From Pseudomonadota bacterium (lineage in GTDB: Bacteria > Pseudomonadota > Alphaproteobacteria > Paracaedibacterales > CAIOTO01), in assembly GCA_040389165.1 (NCBI GenBank), contig JAZKAK010000025.1, positions 1-61,379 of the forward strand: a stretch of 61,379 nt of DNA, in the 5' to 3' direction. A program made the position numbers and the translations under genes. Below the pieces are notes generated by a model. It searched no databases. It was not told the DNA's origin and saw only the letters and a program-made list of their open reading frames with translations. Of the stretch, positions 30,556 to 42,700 are shown one piece after another (position 1 is the first letter of the stretch; every line of letters begins with the position of its first letter).

Positions 30556-32697
30556 TTAGGCTCCGAGCGCTTCCTGTGGGACAGGAATTATTTCAGAACT
30601 ATCTACTGGCACAGCCTTCATGCTGAGTTTAATCTTGCCACGATCATCAAAGCCAAGAACCTTAACTTGCACAACATCACCAACATTCACAACATCAGAA
30701 ACTTTTGCAACACGTCTGTCAGCCAATTCACTTACGTGAACGAGTCCATCTTTTGCGCCCATGAAATTCACAAATGCACCAAATTCAGCTACTTTTACAA
30801 CTGTACCCGTATAAATTGCACCAATTTCTGGGTCGCCAGCAATTGACATGATTGTAGCGACAGCTTTATCAAGTGATTCTTGATTATGCGCAGCAACTGT
30901 TACAGTGCCATCATCTTGAATATCAATTTTAGCGCCAGTTGTTTCACAAATTTCACGAATAACTTTACCGCCAGAACCAATAACATCACGAATTTTTTCG
31001 CGATTAATATTGAATGTAGTTAAGCGTGGTGCATTCTCACTAACAGATGGACGTGCATTTGTAAGCGCTTTAGCCATTTCACCTAGAATATGTAAACGGC
31101 CTTGCTTTGCTTGATCAAGTGCAATTTTCATAATTTCTGGCGTAATACTTGTGATTTTGATATCCATCTGTAAAGCAGTGATACCTGATTCAGTACCAGC
31201 CACTTTAAAGTCCATATCACCCAAGTGATCTTCATCACCAAGAATGTCAGACAATACAGCAAACTTTTCTTTTTCTTTAATCAATCCCATGGCAATACCA
31301 GCAACCGCTTTTTCAAGAGGAACACCTGCATCCATCATTGATAATGACGCGCCGCAAACAGTAGCCATTGATGATGAACCATTGGATTCAGTAATCTCAG
31401 ATACTGTACGTAATGTGTATGGGAATTTTGCTTTTGATGGAACCATCGGGGCCATTGCACGCCATGCAAGCTTACCATGACCAATTTCGCGACGTCCTGG
31501 GCCAGACACACGGCCGACTTCACCAACCGAATAGGATGGAAAGTTATAGTGCAACATAAAGCGTTCACGGTATTCACCGTCAAGTGAATCAATAATCTGC
31601 TCATCTTGACCTGTTCCAAGTGTTGTGACGACAAGCGCCTGTGTTTCACCACGTGTGAACAAAGCACTGCCATGTGTTCGTGGCAATATACCGATTTCAC
31701 ACACGATTGGACGAATATCGGCGAGAGAACGACCATCAACACGTTCTGATTTGTTCAAAATATTTCCACGCAAAATGCTTGATTGTAGCTCTTCAAAAGC
31801 GATTTCGATCAGGCCATCATGTTCAGCAAATTCTTCTGCTAGCGCTTCTGTAAGCTTAACTCTTGCTTCATCAATAGCTGCATAACGGTCTTGTTTTGAT
31901 TTGTTCGCATAAGCTTTTATTAGGTCAGCTTCAATAACAGCCTTAGCACGTTCTTGAACTTTAACCATAAAGGGATTTTGAACTGCAGCTGGCCACGCAT
32001 CTTTTGATGCTTTAACTTTCAAACGATCAATCATTTGAATAACAGCTTGGAATGCTTCATGGCCAAATACAACACCTTCAAGCATTGTTTGCTCTGAAAG
32101 CTCTTTCGCTTCAGACTCGACCATCAACACACCTTCTTTTGTGCCGGCAACAACCAAATCAAGCGCGCTCTCTTGTAATTGGGCATGTGTTGGATTCAAT
32201 ATAAATTGACCATCAATATAACCAATACGTGCCGCTGCGATTGGACCTAAGAACGGTATGCCTGAAATTGAGAGTGCAGCAGAGGCACCAATCAAAGCAG
32301 CGATATCTGCATGTGCATCTGTGTCATAACTCATAACGGTACAAAGAACTTGAACTTCATTATAGAAGCCCTCTGGAAATAATGGGCGAACAGGGCGATC
32401 AATTAAACGTGATGTTAAAACTTCTTTTTCTGAAGGCTTTCCTTCACGTTTGTAAAAACCACCAGGGATACGTCCTACAGAAAACGTCTTTTCAAGGTAA
32501 TGGACACTAAGTGGGAAAAAATCTGCATTTGCTTTTGCCTTTTTTGCAGCTACAACAGTACACAAAACTGTAGTATCACCATAAGTGACCATAACAGCAC
32601 CGTCCGCTTGACGGGCTACTTTACCCGTTTCGAGTACAAGTGGTAGTCCAGCCCACGTTAATTCTTCGCGGTGAATATTAAACATATTTTTTGACAT
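30556..32697 (-). CDS. pnp: Polyribonucleotide nucleotidyltransferase
   Basis: [42 protein letters not shown] and S1 domains. Confidence 0.98.
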   Translation of the reverse strand: MSKNMFNIHREELTWAGLPLVLETGKVARQADGAVMVTYGDTTVLCTVVAAKKAKANADFFPLSVHYLEKTFSVGRIPGGFYKREGKPSEKEVLTSRLIDRPVRPLFPEGFYNEVQVLCTVMSYDTDAHADIAALIGASAALSISGIPFLGPIAAARIGYIDGQFILNPTHAQLQESALDLVVAGTKEGVLMVESEAKELSEQTMLEGVVFGHEAFQAVIQMIDRLKVKASKDAWPAAVQNPFMVKVQERAKAVIEADLIKAYANKSKQDRYAAIDEARVKLTEALAEEFAEHDGLIEIAFEELQSSILRGNILNKSERVDGRSLADIRPIVCEIGILPRTHGSALFTRGETQALVVTTLGTGQDEQIIDSLDGEYRERFMLHYNFPSYSVGEVGRVSGPGRREIGHGKLAWRAMAPMVPSKAKFPYTLRTVSEITESNGSSSMATVCGASLSMMDAGVPLEKAVAGIAMGLIKEKEKFAVLSDILGDEDHLGDMDFKVAGTESGITALQMDIKITSITPEIMKIALDQAKQGRLHILGEMAKALTNARPSVSENAPRLTTFNINREKIRDVIGSGGKVIREICETTGAKIDIQDDGTVTVAAHNQESLDKAVATIMSIAGDPEIGAIYTGTVVKVAEFGAFVNFMGAKDGLVHVSELADRRVAKVSDVVNVGDVVQVKVLGFDDRGKIKLSMKAVPVDSSEIIPVPQEALGA

Positions 32698-32922
32698 TTA
32701 ATTCTCTTTTCAATAATTAGAACGATATATGCTAAAATCAAGCACACCCAGCATCTTAAAATCAAAAGACATAAAGGAGGAAAAAAGCCTCATTTATTGC
32801 ATATATCTTTGGATATCAAGATCCTGAATGAGTGCTCATCTAAAGCAAGCCAATTATAAGGCATAACACTTAATTTTACGAAGGAAAAGGTGATCAGTGA
32901 TCAGTGAAAACGTGAAATTGCA

Positions 32923-33714
32923 TCAGAATCTGATTAACTCAAGCGGCATATTAAAGTTGAACAACACTTTCGCTGCGGTTTTTCCAACACTAGGTTTTAC
33001 AAATGTCGTATCAATCTTTACATAATCAAACATATTTGCCTGAAATCCAAAACTAGGCCCCCTTGTGAGCCGTGATTCCACATTCCTGGAATATGAATAA
33101 CCACCAAATAATTTTAATTTCGGGAAATATGGCACTGCGAGCGCAAATTTTGTATCTCCCGATAAAGGCTGTGCATTCTTCTTATAAACGCTCGCTGTGT
33201 TATGCGGCAATGTGTTTTGCATGCTTTCCTTAAAATACGATGCAGAAAGATTTGTTGATTGTGTCGACACCTCTGTTGCAACACCGTTACTACGCGCAAG
33301 AAATGGGATTTCTGAATTATGAAACGTATCCATACGTGCGCTTATGTGATCCCCAACAAAAAAACGGCTAAGAATCCCTTTTGTTCGCATAGGAGTGCTA
33401 TAATATACAGTACTTTTTGCTTCTTCAGTAGACCTTAGCGGAGCTGTATCATCATAATGAACATGATTAGGTGCTATATTCGGCTGAATATATTGAGCAC
33501 GACTATGCTCGGATGATTCTATATTAGCATATGAAATTGATTTTGCGCTGAGTTCAGCACTTTCAGCAAGTTCTCTATCAGCTTTAGTTGATATACCTGA
33601 AATTTGTGTTGAAAAATAGGTTTGAGTTGTTGAAAGTGATGTGTATTTTTGCGTTGCCTGTGATACAGATGCACAAACTAAGATAATCAAAAAAATACAT
33701 ATAAACTGACGCAT
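32923..33714 (-). CDS. Exported hypothetical protein, possible outer-membrane beta-strand C-terminus
   Basis: Signal peptide, S/T-rich middle, amphipathic C-terminal strands ending in Phe. Confidence 0.6.
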   Translation of the reverse strand: MRQFICIFLIILVCASVSQATQKYTSLSTTQTYFSTQISGISTKADRELAESAELSAKSISYANIESSEHSRAQYIQPNIAPNHVHYDDTAPLRSTEEAKSTVYYSTPMRTKGILSRFFVGDHISARMDTFHNSEIPFLARSNGVATEVSTQSTNLSASYFKESMQNTLPHNTASVYKKNAQPLSGDTKFALAVPYFPKLKLFGGYSYSRNVESRLTRGPSFGFQANMFDYVKIDTTFVKPSVGKTAAKVLFNFNMPLELIRF

Positions 33715-33967
33715 AACACAAGTTTTCTCGGCTTTCTATAATCAGAATAGGAGGAAGATATTAACAAGTGCTTAAAATTCGATACTAATAAATCGAAATT
33801 TCATGCGAATTTTAAATGTTTTTACCAGATAAAATTAAATGCTTTCAAAAACAGTTAACGAAAAATTTTGTAGGTATTAATCATGTGAACCTACCTAGAT
33901 CATAGAAACTTGAATCCATCCCTGATTCGTGTAAACTAACATTCACGTTTAAACAATCAAGCAATGT

Positions 33968-35932
33968 ATGCCAAATATTCCATCGATGACTTCTCGCTAT
34001 ACGGTGCTCACTACTGTTTCTCTTGATTTCCCTCTCACATATCTTGGAGAGTCTGGATTGCCATTAGGACAACTCGTTTCCATACCTTTTCGTAACCAGA
34101 AAATCGTAGGCATTATTTACAAAACTGACGAATGTGAGACGTATACAGGTGTATTGAAATCCATTTTTACGTCACTTCCTTACCAGTTTGAATCAACTTT
34201 TATTAATTTCATTGAACATGTTGCGCACTATACGATGATCCCTTTAGGGCATATTTTAAAGATGTGCATTACGCCAAAACTGGACGCTATCGCTAAAGAA
34301 GACGGCATACTTCCCTTCCCTACCTATAAACTTGATAGCCTTACATTAAATGATGATCAACAACGCGCTTTTGAAAGCTGCCAGGTGGATCTTGATCGTT
34401 TTCAGCCATTTGCATTGGATGGTGTCACAGGATCAGGCAAGACAGAACTTTATTTTTCGCTCATTCAATCCGTGCTGAAAATTGGGAAAAAAGCACTTGT
34501 GCTCTTTCCTGAAATTGCTCTAACTGAAGCCATTGTTAATCGTTTTAAGGAAACTTTTGATGATTTTCCTCTCATTTGGCACAGCGAAGTAACACCCGTA
34601 AAAAAACGAAAACTTTGGAAACAAGTGCAAAACGAGGGAGCGGCCGTCATCTTAGGTGCACGTTCAGCTTTGTTCTTACCCATTAATAACCTGGGCCTTA
34701 TCGTTGTAGACGAAGAACATGACACATCTTACAAGCAAGACGAGCAAGGTTGCTATAATGCACGTGATATGGCCATATGGCGCGCAAAAGAAGAAGATAT
34801 TCCTATAATTTTAGCTTCTGCCACACCATCACTTGAAACCTATGTCAACATCAAAAATAATCGCTATAAGCATTTAACGTTGGGGCACCGTTATGGGGAA
34901 GCTGAAATGCCAACCGTGCACATTATTGATAAAAAAGAATACCCAAAGACAATTATCACTCAGCCCATCTATAATGAAGTGGAATTGCGTCTTGCGAAAG
35001 GCGAGCAAAGTTTACTATTCCTCAATCGCCGCGGTTTTTCACCTTTGTTGGCATGCATGGGCTGCGGACACCGTTTTGAGTGCCCAGGTTGCCATGCTGA
35101 CCTAACATGGCACCGTGAACGACAAAGTATCGTATGTCATTATTGTGGTTTTCAAGCTGAGCGTCCAACAAACTGCCCTATCTGCAATAGTGTAAATCTT
35201 AAAGATCTGGGCCTTGGTATTGAAAAAGTCGCTGAGGAGACAAAACGATTGTTCCCCAACGCACGTATCGCAACAATATCCAGCGATACATTAACGACAC
35301 CTAAAGCATCAAACGATTTGTTTAACAGCATTGAATCAGGTGAAGTTGACATCATCATTGGCACACAAGTACTTGCCAAAGGACATCATTTCCCTAATTT
35401 AACGTTCGTGGGTATTCTAGACGCTGACCGAGGGTTGTATCAGATGGATTTACGCGCAGCGGAGCGAACTTTCCAGTTACTTTCTCAAGTTGGAGGACGC
35501 GCTGGGCGCATGGCACGTCAACCTGGCGTCGTTATGCTGCAAACGCGAGAGCCCGAACATCCTTTGTACGCAGCGCTTAAGGCATATGATCGTGATGCAT
35601 TTTATGAAACTGAGTTGCTTGAACGCGAATTACTCGGCATGCCACCTTTTTATCGATTAATATCTGTGACCCTTTCATCATTACGCGAAGATATACTGCA
35701 GGAAACGTGTCGTCAGCTAGCACGTGTCATCCCGCGAACCGAGCAGATCGAGGTGTTGGGACCAGCGCCATCACCCTTGTATCGGTTGAGATCACGGTAT
35801 CGCATGCGATTTTTGATTAAAGGCGATCGTCGGCAGAACCTGCAAGCCTTTACAAAAATTTGGTTAGCAGAAATTAAATTACATGCAGCGATTCAAGTAC
35901 ATGTTGATGTTGATCCATTGAGTTTTATGTGA
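33968..35932 (+). CDS. priA: Primosomal protein N'
   Basis: GVTGSGKTE, PEIALT, GARSALF, DEEHD.SYKQ, LNRRGF, four CxxC, GTQVLAKG.HFP. Confidence 0.96.
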   Translation: MPNIPSMTSRYTVLTTVSLDFPLTYLGESGLPLGQLVSIPFRNQKIVGIIYKTDECETYTGVLKSIFTSLPYQFESTFINFIEHVAHYTMIPLGHILKMCITPKLDAIAKEDGILPFPTYKLDSLTLNDDQQRAFESCQVDLDRFQPFALDGVTGSGKTELYFSLIQSVLKIGKKALVLFPEIALTEAIVNRFKETFDDFPLIWHSEVTPVKKRKLWKQVQNEGAAVILGARSALFLPINNLGLIVVDEEHDTSYKQDEQGCYNARDMAIWRAKEEDIPIILASATPSLETYVNIKNNRYKHLTLGHRYGEAEMPTVHIIDKKEYPKTIITQPIYNEVELRLAKGEQSLLFLNRRGFSPLLACMGCGHRFECPGCHADLTWHRERQSIVCHYCGFQAERPTNCPICNSVNLKDLGLGIEKVAEETKRLFPNARIATISSDTLTTPKASNDLFNSIESGEVDIIIGTQVLAKGHHFPNLTFVGILDADRGLYQMDLRAAERTFQLLSQVGGRAGRMARQPGVVMLQTREPEHPLYAALKAYDRDAFYETELLERELLGMPPFYRLISVTLSSLREDILQETCRQLARVIPRTEQIEVLGPAPSPLYRLRSRYRMRFLIKGDRRQNLQAFTKIWLAEIKLHAAIQVHVDVDPLSFM

Positions 35933-36111
35933 TTTAGTCGTTCATAAAATCTTGTAATTGACATAACAGAGATGTTCGTATGCATATAAAGCAAAAATCA
36001 AACAGGCTCCTCTTGTTCGAGGATTATGCAGATTACGCATTAGCTCCATTGCAATTAATGCGTATCGGTTTTATTGTATTATCAGATTAAATCGCTTATC
36101 GGATAACACCC

Positions 36112-37002
36112 ATGAATGCAGCAGCAGCCCTAGCCAACACTTCCCCAGCTCATCTAAAAGAAGTAGTAAAACCGTGGTTCACCGAGCTTCAAGCACATAT
36201 ATGCAAAGTACTTGAAGAAATTGAGAGCGAATTCAAGCACCCCACACATTTGCCTGGTCAATTTGTGTATAAGCCATGGGATCGTAGTGACCCGACGCAG
36301 CCAGACAACAAAGGTGGTGGTGGAGTTATGGGGATTATGGAAGGCGGTGCTGTGTTTGAAAAAGCAGGTGTTAATGTGTCAACGGTTTATGGGGAATTCG
36401 CAAAAGAATTCTCTCATGAGATTCCTGGCGCAGATAAAGATCCCAGTTTTTGGGCATCTGGCATTTCGCTTGTTATTCATCCCGCGAATCCATTCGTTCC
36501 CGCTGTTCATATGAATACACGTCATATCGTGACCACAAAAAGCTGGTTCGGTGGCGGCGCTGATTTGACACCAACATTTCCCATAGATGAAGATACTAAA
36601 GATTTTCATAAGGCTATGCGCATTGCCTGTGATGCCTATAATCCAGATGCGTATGCAAAATACAAACTCTGGTGCGACGAATATTTTTATCTACCTCATC
36701 GCAATGAAGCACGCGGTGTGGGCGGCATTTTCTTTGATTATGTAAACAGCGGTGATCTTGATGCCGATTTCGAATTTATAAAAGCAGTTGGCATGGCGTT
36801 TATTGATTCCTATGCACTCATTGTACGTCGCCGTATGCACCAAGAATGGAACATGGATGATAAATACAAACAGCTTGTAAAACGTGGCCGCTATGCAGAG
36901 TTTAATTTACTTTATGATAGAGGAACTCGCTTTGGTTTGATGACCAATGGTAACGTTGATGGAATTTTGATGTCTCTTCCACCTGTCGCTGCGTGGCCAT
37001 AA
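36112..37002 (+). CDS. hemF: Oxygen-dependent coproporphyrinogen III oxidase
   Basis: FEKAGVNVS, PAVHMNTR, WFGGGADLTP, RGVGGIFFD, RGRYAEFNLLYDRGT.FG. Confidence 0.96.
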   Translation: MNAAAALANTSPAHLKEVVKPWFTELQAHICKVLEEIESEFKHPTHLPGQFVYKPWDRSDPTQPDNKGGGGVMGIMEGGAVFEKAGVNVSTVYGEFAKEFSHEIPGADKDPSFWASGISLVIHPANPFVPAVHMNTRHIVTTKSWFGGGADLTPTFPIDEDTKDFHKAMRIACDAYNPDAYAKYKLWCDEYFYLPHRNEARGVGGIFFDYVNSGDLDADFEFIKAVGMAFIDSYALIVRRRMHQEWNMDDKYKQLVKRGRYAEFNLLYDRGTRFGLMTNGNVDGILMSLPPVAAWP

Positions 37003-37003
37003 A

Positions 37004-38311
37004 ATGATGCCAACAGAAACACTCTATATTACAATCGGCGTTTTAGGGGCAATAGCGTTAAGCTCAGGATTTGCTTATATTGCCCTTCGCCGCAAGTTTG
37101 TGTCGATGATTCAAGAAAATGCGCACCTCACTGCTGAGATTGAATTTCAGCGTGCGCATATTGCGAACAAAGAGGAAATCCTGCATCGTTCACAACAGCA
37201 ATTTCAAACCCTGCTTGAATCCATGTCACAAAAAGCATTGATTGCCAACAATGAATCCTTTTTAAATCTTGCGAAGTCTACGTTTACAGATCTGCATGAA
37301 CGCGCAAAAACTGAAATGGATCAAAAGCAAAATAATATATCAAAGATGATTGAGCCACTGCAAAAATCGCTTGAGCAAGTTGACCAAAAGATGGAAAATC
37401 TTGAAAAAGAGCGCGCGCATGCCTTCACCGATATGCGTAGGCAAGTAATTGATTTGATTGCCACACAAAAGGAATTGCGTCTGGAAACATCAAATTTAGT
37501 CAAAGCATTAAGATCTCCAACGGGACGCGGTCAATGGGGAGAAATGCAACTCAAGCGTGTCGTTGAAATGGCTGGCATGTTGGCGCATTGTGATTTCGTT
37601 GAACAAGTTACCGTTGCCGAAGGGCGCCTTCGACCCGACCTTATCGTTCGCTTACCTGGTAATAAAACAATTGTTGTCGATGCAAAAACTCCACTCATGG
37701 CGTATCTCGAGGCTTTTGAATGCACCGATGACCAGCAAAAGGCGCAGCTGTTGCAAGATCATGCACGTCAAGTGCGCGCGCATATTCGGATACTCTCGCA
37801 ACGCAATTATTCTGAACAGTTCGACCAATCCCCCGAATTTGTGGTGATGTTTATTCCAGGTGAATCTATTTTCAGTGCAGCACTTGAGGCTGATCCATCG
37901 TTGATTGAATATGGTGTGCACGAGCGCGTTATTATGGCAACGCCAACAACGTTAATTGCATTGCTTCGCGCTGTATCGTATGGCTGGCAACAAGAAGCAG
38001 TCGCCGAGAATGCCAGGCAAATTTGGCAACTGGGGCGTGATTTCTATAAACGTCTTACCGATTTTTCGGTGCACCTTGGCAAGGTTGGGAAACACCTATC
38101 GCAATCTGTTGGCGCGTATAATGACAGCGTCGGCACATTCGAGCGCCGCGTTTTGGTATCAGCACGTAAATTTAAAGACCTGGATCCAGGACTTGAATCA
38201 CACGAAATTGAGATTGTTCCACTTGATATACAGATTCGCAGTCAGCAGGTTCCTGAGGCGTTAGGTGTTTCCGAGATTGATATGGCCAAAATTGGGGCGT
38301 TAGCAGAGTAG
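37004..38311 (+). CDS. rmuC: DNA recombination protein RmuC
   Basis: N-terminal TM plus coiled coil; RGQWGEMQL, RPDLIVRLP, VDAKTP, FVVMFIPGE, ATPTTL. Confidence 0.93.
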   Translation: MMPTETLYITIGVLGAIALSSGFAYIALRRKFVSMIQENAHLTAEIEFQRAHIANKEEILHRSQQQFQTLLESMSQKALIANNESFLNLAKSTFTDLHERAKTEMDQKQNNISKMIEPLQKSLEQVDQKMENLEKERAHAFTDMRRQVIDLIATQKELRLETSNLVKALRSPTGRGQWGEMQLKRVVEMAGMLAHCDFVEQVTVAEGRLRPDLIVRLPGNKTIVVDAKTPLMAYLEAFECTDDQQKAQLLQDHARQVRAHIRILSQRNYSEQFDQSPEFVVMFIPGESIFSAALEADPSLIEYGVHERVIMATPTTLIALLRAVSYGWQQEAVAENARQIWQLGRDFYKRLTDFSVHLGKVGKHLSQSVGAYNDSVGTFERRVLVSARKFKDLDPGLESHEIEIVPLDIQIRSQQVPEALGVSEIDMAKIGALAE

Positions 38312-38619
38312 AAGAGATTTCTTACAAAGCAATTTCTGTCAGTAAAACTTCCAGACTTTCTCTTGGATAAGATGTTAGCTCACTCTTCTTTATAAGCGAT
38401 TGGTAAAACTTCAACCATAATAAGAAAAATGGGCCCGTATCGATTGACTGCTGACTCAATGGCCGGCAAAATTTCACCACACTCACCGTTTAAATACTCA
38501 TGTAAGTAAGCATCTTTCCACTTTGCTCATTAAACGTTTCTGCAAACACTAAAAGCGTTAGGTTTTCAAAAGAGTCTTTTGAGTTAATGGAAGACAAGCT
38601 CAGCAACATCTTCAGGTTT

Positions 38620-38877
38620 TCATACTTTTCCACCATCAGCTGGATCAGCAGGCGCTTCGTCTTTTGAATCTTCTGCTACCTCAGTTGGCGCTTCATCTTT
38701 TGAAACATCTGTTGCATCATCAGATTCTACACGTGTCTTTTTATTTGATTTTTCATCTGCCGCATCATTGGGCAGATCATCAATATTCTTATCAGATTTA
38801 TTGTCTGTTGTAAGATTGGATTTTTTAAGAGCTAAATCTTTCTTTGAATTAACTCTTTGCTTACCTTTTGATGACAA
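38620..38877 (-). CDS. Small low-complexity K/D/E-rich hypothetical protein
   Basis: 85-aa ORF 5 bp downstream of mlaD; internal duplicated SKDEAP. Confidence 0.45.
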   Translation of the reverse strand: MSSKGKQRVNSKKDLALKKSNLTTDNKSDKNIDDLPNDAADEKSNKKTRVESDDATDVSKDEAPTEVAEDSKDEAPADPADGGKV

Positions 38878-38882
38878 GTCGA

Positions 38883-39362
38883 CTATGGCTTTTTTTTTGG
38901 ATTGGAATCGTCAGCTTTTGAAAACAAGAATTTATTTAACAATGTTTCCAAGTTAACAGATGATTCAGTCTGCGTTATAATCCCTTTATCAGCCAATAAT
39001 TCCGAATCAGCACCCGGATCCAGAGAAATGTATTTCCCGCCAAGCAATCCTTCACTCACGATTGCAGCACTTGAATCCATTGGTAGCTTAATAGAATTAT
39101 TTATAAATAGCGTAGCTCGTGCTTGATAACTTTTTGGGTCTATTTCCAAAGATAATACAGAACCTACTTTAACACCGCTTACTTTTACATCACTTCCCAC
39201 GTGCAAACCATCAGTACGCTGAAATTTAGCCATGACAGTATATCCATTCGAAGAGCGTCCAGCTTGTCCAGAGGTATATGCAAAATAAACAAAATAAGCA
39301 GAAACAGCAATAACAAATCCGCCGAGAAGAGTTTCAATAATACTATTTGATGTTTTTGCCAT
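38883..39362 (-). CDS. mlaD: Outer membrane lipid asymmetry protein MlaD (MCE domain)
   Basis: ETLLGGFV TM, GL..GSDVKVSGVKVGSV, SEGLLGGKYISLDPG. Confidence 0.92.
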   Translation of the reverse strand: MAKTSNSIIETLLGGFVIAVSAYFVYFAYTSGQAGRSSNGYTVMAKFQRTDGLHVGSDVKVSGVKVGSVLSLEIDPKSYQARATLFINNSIKLPMDSSAAIVSEGLLGGKYISLDPGADSELLADKGIITQTESSVNLETLLNKFLFSKADDSNPKKKP

Positions 39363-39722
39363 TATTTTTTACAGCCCCCTTTATTGGCTCACGCAAAGAT
39401 TTGTTTATTGTTTCTTAGAATTTTGCTAAATGCAAAAATACGCTAGCGAACTAGCACATAAAAATAAGCAGACAGATGCGTCATGTTTTAATTTACTATT
39501 AAACTATCGCGTATCATACGACAAAGCGCGCAAGCAATCAACTTTTGATCCGTCATTTTTTATGTTAAGTGCAATATTTTTTCATCTTTCATTTGAAATT
39601 ATTAATTGAGTTCCTCGTAGATTCAGCTTACTCATGTAGAGTTAATAAACTATTAAAACAAATCCAAAGATATCTATTACGTAGATAAATGTAGATAGCA
39701 CATTAACTTAAAAAAACACAAA

Positions 39723-42700
39723 TCAAATAGAACTCGTTTTTTCTTTAATTGCTGCATAAAAGGTAGGCAATAAAATCAGGGTTAATAATGTACCAAAGCT
39801 CAGGCCTCCGACAAGCACAGCACCAATAACGCGTCTTGTTTCAGATCCGCTCGAGTTCGATAGAATTAAAGGAAGAGCACCTAATATCATAGCACTTGTT
39901 GTCATTAGAATTGGTCTTAGCCTTAATCCAGCGGCCTTTTTAACAGCGTCAACTGCATTCATACCCTTTGCCATTTGTTGATTGGCGAATTCGACAATTA
40001 ATATACCATTTTTTGTAATAAGCCCTATTAATGTAATTAATCCAATTTGCGTGTAAATATTCATTGATTGACTCGATAGCCACAAAACCAATAATGCCCC
40101 CATAGAGGCAAGAGGCACAGTTAGCATTACAATGAGTGGATCCAAAAAACTTTCAAATTGAATAGCCAAAATAGCGTAGATAAAAACGATTGCCAACATG
40201 ATAAGAATCATCATCGTTGAAGCTGATTCTTTGTGTACCTTTGCTGTACCAATCCATGTTTCTTTATATGCATGCGGTAATGTTGCATCCGCCAATTTCT
40301 TTAGTGCGTTCATATTTTGATCAAGCGATCCTCCTGCTGTTTGTGCAGTCAATGTAAGTGATCGCATCTGATTATAATGAAACAAACTGTCTGGCTGTGT
40401 CGAAGGTTTCAACGTGCCAAGCGTTCCGAGTGATATACGACTTCCTTCTTTGTTAGTTACGTATAATTCATCTAATGTCCAGGGTTTATCCTTTCCTTTA
40501 AGTGTAATCGAGTACGAAATACCATCTTTATTAAAAGCTAAAGACCTATCATTACTAAAGAAAATAGAAACTTGTTTTGTTATAGAAGCTGCATCAAGCT
40601 TGTATTTACCAAGCAAGTTGTTATTAAAATCAATGGTGTATGACTTGCTGTTCAAATTTAAATTATGAGCAAGCGACGTAAATATTTTTTCATCAATTGA
40701 TGCTTTTGTTATTTTTTCTGCGGACTCATAGAGAGCTGAATACGAATCAACCGTTGATACGACCATCTTCAAATCATTGCCACCTGAACTCTCAAGTCCT
40801 GGCAGGCCTGAATCAATGGATTCCACAAACATGTCAACTGAAGGAAAATCATTTACAAGAGCCTGAATGTTTTCTCTCAGCATTTCAGCTGACCTATTTC
40901 GATTTGCTTTAGGTTTTAAACCGAAACAAAGATAGGCTCCCCAATCCCCTGCAAAAACCATAACACTTTCTGCTTCAGGGAGAATGCCAATCTTTTGTTG
41001 CACTTCACCTATATAGCCTTCTAGTACATTAATATCTTTACCTAGAATTGCAGGAATAAAAACACCTATTAAACCACGATCTTCTTTTGGCGCCATCTCT
41101 GTCGGCAAAACCTTAACAAGAGAAAACGTCGCCCCAAAAACACAAAGCATAACAAGAATAACCAACTTAGTTTTTGTTAAAAGAATCGTTAAGAGTGCTT
41201 CATATTTAACAGTCACTTTGTCCAAAAATACGTCAACACCAGGGCACAAATTACGACGTTCACTTTTTAAAAATGCCCCGCACATTAACGGTGACAACGT
41301 CAGGGCAACGACTCCAGATACAAAAACACTGCCCGCAAGTGCAATGGCAAACTCAACAAACAGCTGACCAATAGCCCCTTGGATAAATGCAATTGGCACA
41401 AACACACTTACAAGCGTAAACGTCATTGCAACAATGGCAAAACCAATTTCTTTACCACCCTTAATTGCGGCATCTAACGGTTTCAAGCCTTCTTCTATGT
41501 GACGTGCAATATTTTCAAGCACAACAATGGCGTCATCCACCACCAAACCAATCGCCAGAACCATGGCTAATAACGTGATAATATTAATTGTGCAGCCAAA
41601 CATACTTAAAAAGAGCATAGATCCCGCAAGTGAAATGGGGATGGTAACTAGCGGAATAAAGGTTGCACGGAAAGACCGCAGAAATAGAAATACGATCCCC
41701 AACACTAAAAGAATAGATTCAATAATTGATGATTGGATCGTTGATATCGATGATTTCACAAATTCAGCTTGATCGAGGACAACACGCATGCGCATATCTT
41801 TTGGCAAACTTTGCTTAACTTCTTCGACTTTCTCATTTACTAAATCGGAAACATCAACCGGGTTTGCACTCACCCCACGTCTAATACAAATAACGACACC
41901 TGATTTACCATTCACTTTTACGCGAGAAGATGTATCATCTGTTTTCTGCACGACCGTCGCTACTGAACGTAATAAAATAGAAGGAGATTCCTTTGTTGCA
42001 GAACGAATCACCAAATTTTCATAGTCTTCTTGGCTATTTAATGACCTAACAAACGTTGTTGGGATTTGATTTTGAAATTTCCCAACAGGAAATGAGCTAT
42101 CACTTGCCTTAAGGACCTCATACACTTCATCTGCATTCACGCCAAACATATATAAAAATTTTGGATCAAGTGTAATTTCATATATATATTGCTGTCCATA
42201 GATGTCGACAGAACTTACCCCCGGAATACTTCTAAAAGCATTTTTAAGGTTCAAATTGGCATAATGCGTCAGTGCGCCGAAATCAGATGTATTGGATTCG
42301 ATTGAAACAGCTATAAAAGGCGGACCATTACTATCTGCTGTTTTTTTCTTGATAATGGGCTGTTTAATATCCTTTGGCAACGCATCCATCGCAAGGGAAA
42401 CAGCATCACGCGCAGCCGTCATTGCCCGATCAATAGGAACGCCTGCATTAAAATTAAGCGTTATATCAACCCACCCAGATTGTGTTGTGGATTGCAGATC
42501 CATTAAGCCTTCAATGCCTGCAAGATTATCTTCCAGCACATTGGTAACGGTCGATTCAATCACATCAGCAGATGCATTAGGATACGTTGTTGATACACTA
42601 ATTGTCGAAAAACTAATCGATGGATACTCACGTAAAGATAGTTGATCAAAGCATAAAACCCCGATGATTAACACCATCGCATTGATCACAAGCGCTATAA

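Noticed and set aside
36034-36064. TACGCATTA/TAATGCGTA inverted repeat upstream of hemF as a riboswitch
   Set aside because: Only a 9-bp stem with no recognisable aptamer motif; cannot be distinguished from a generic hairpin.
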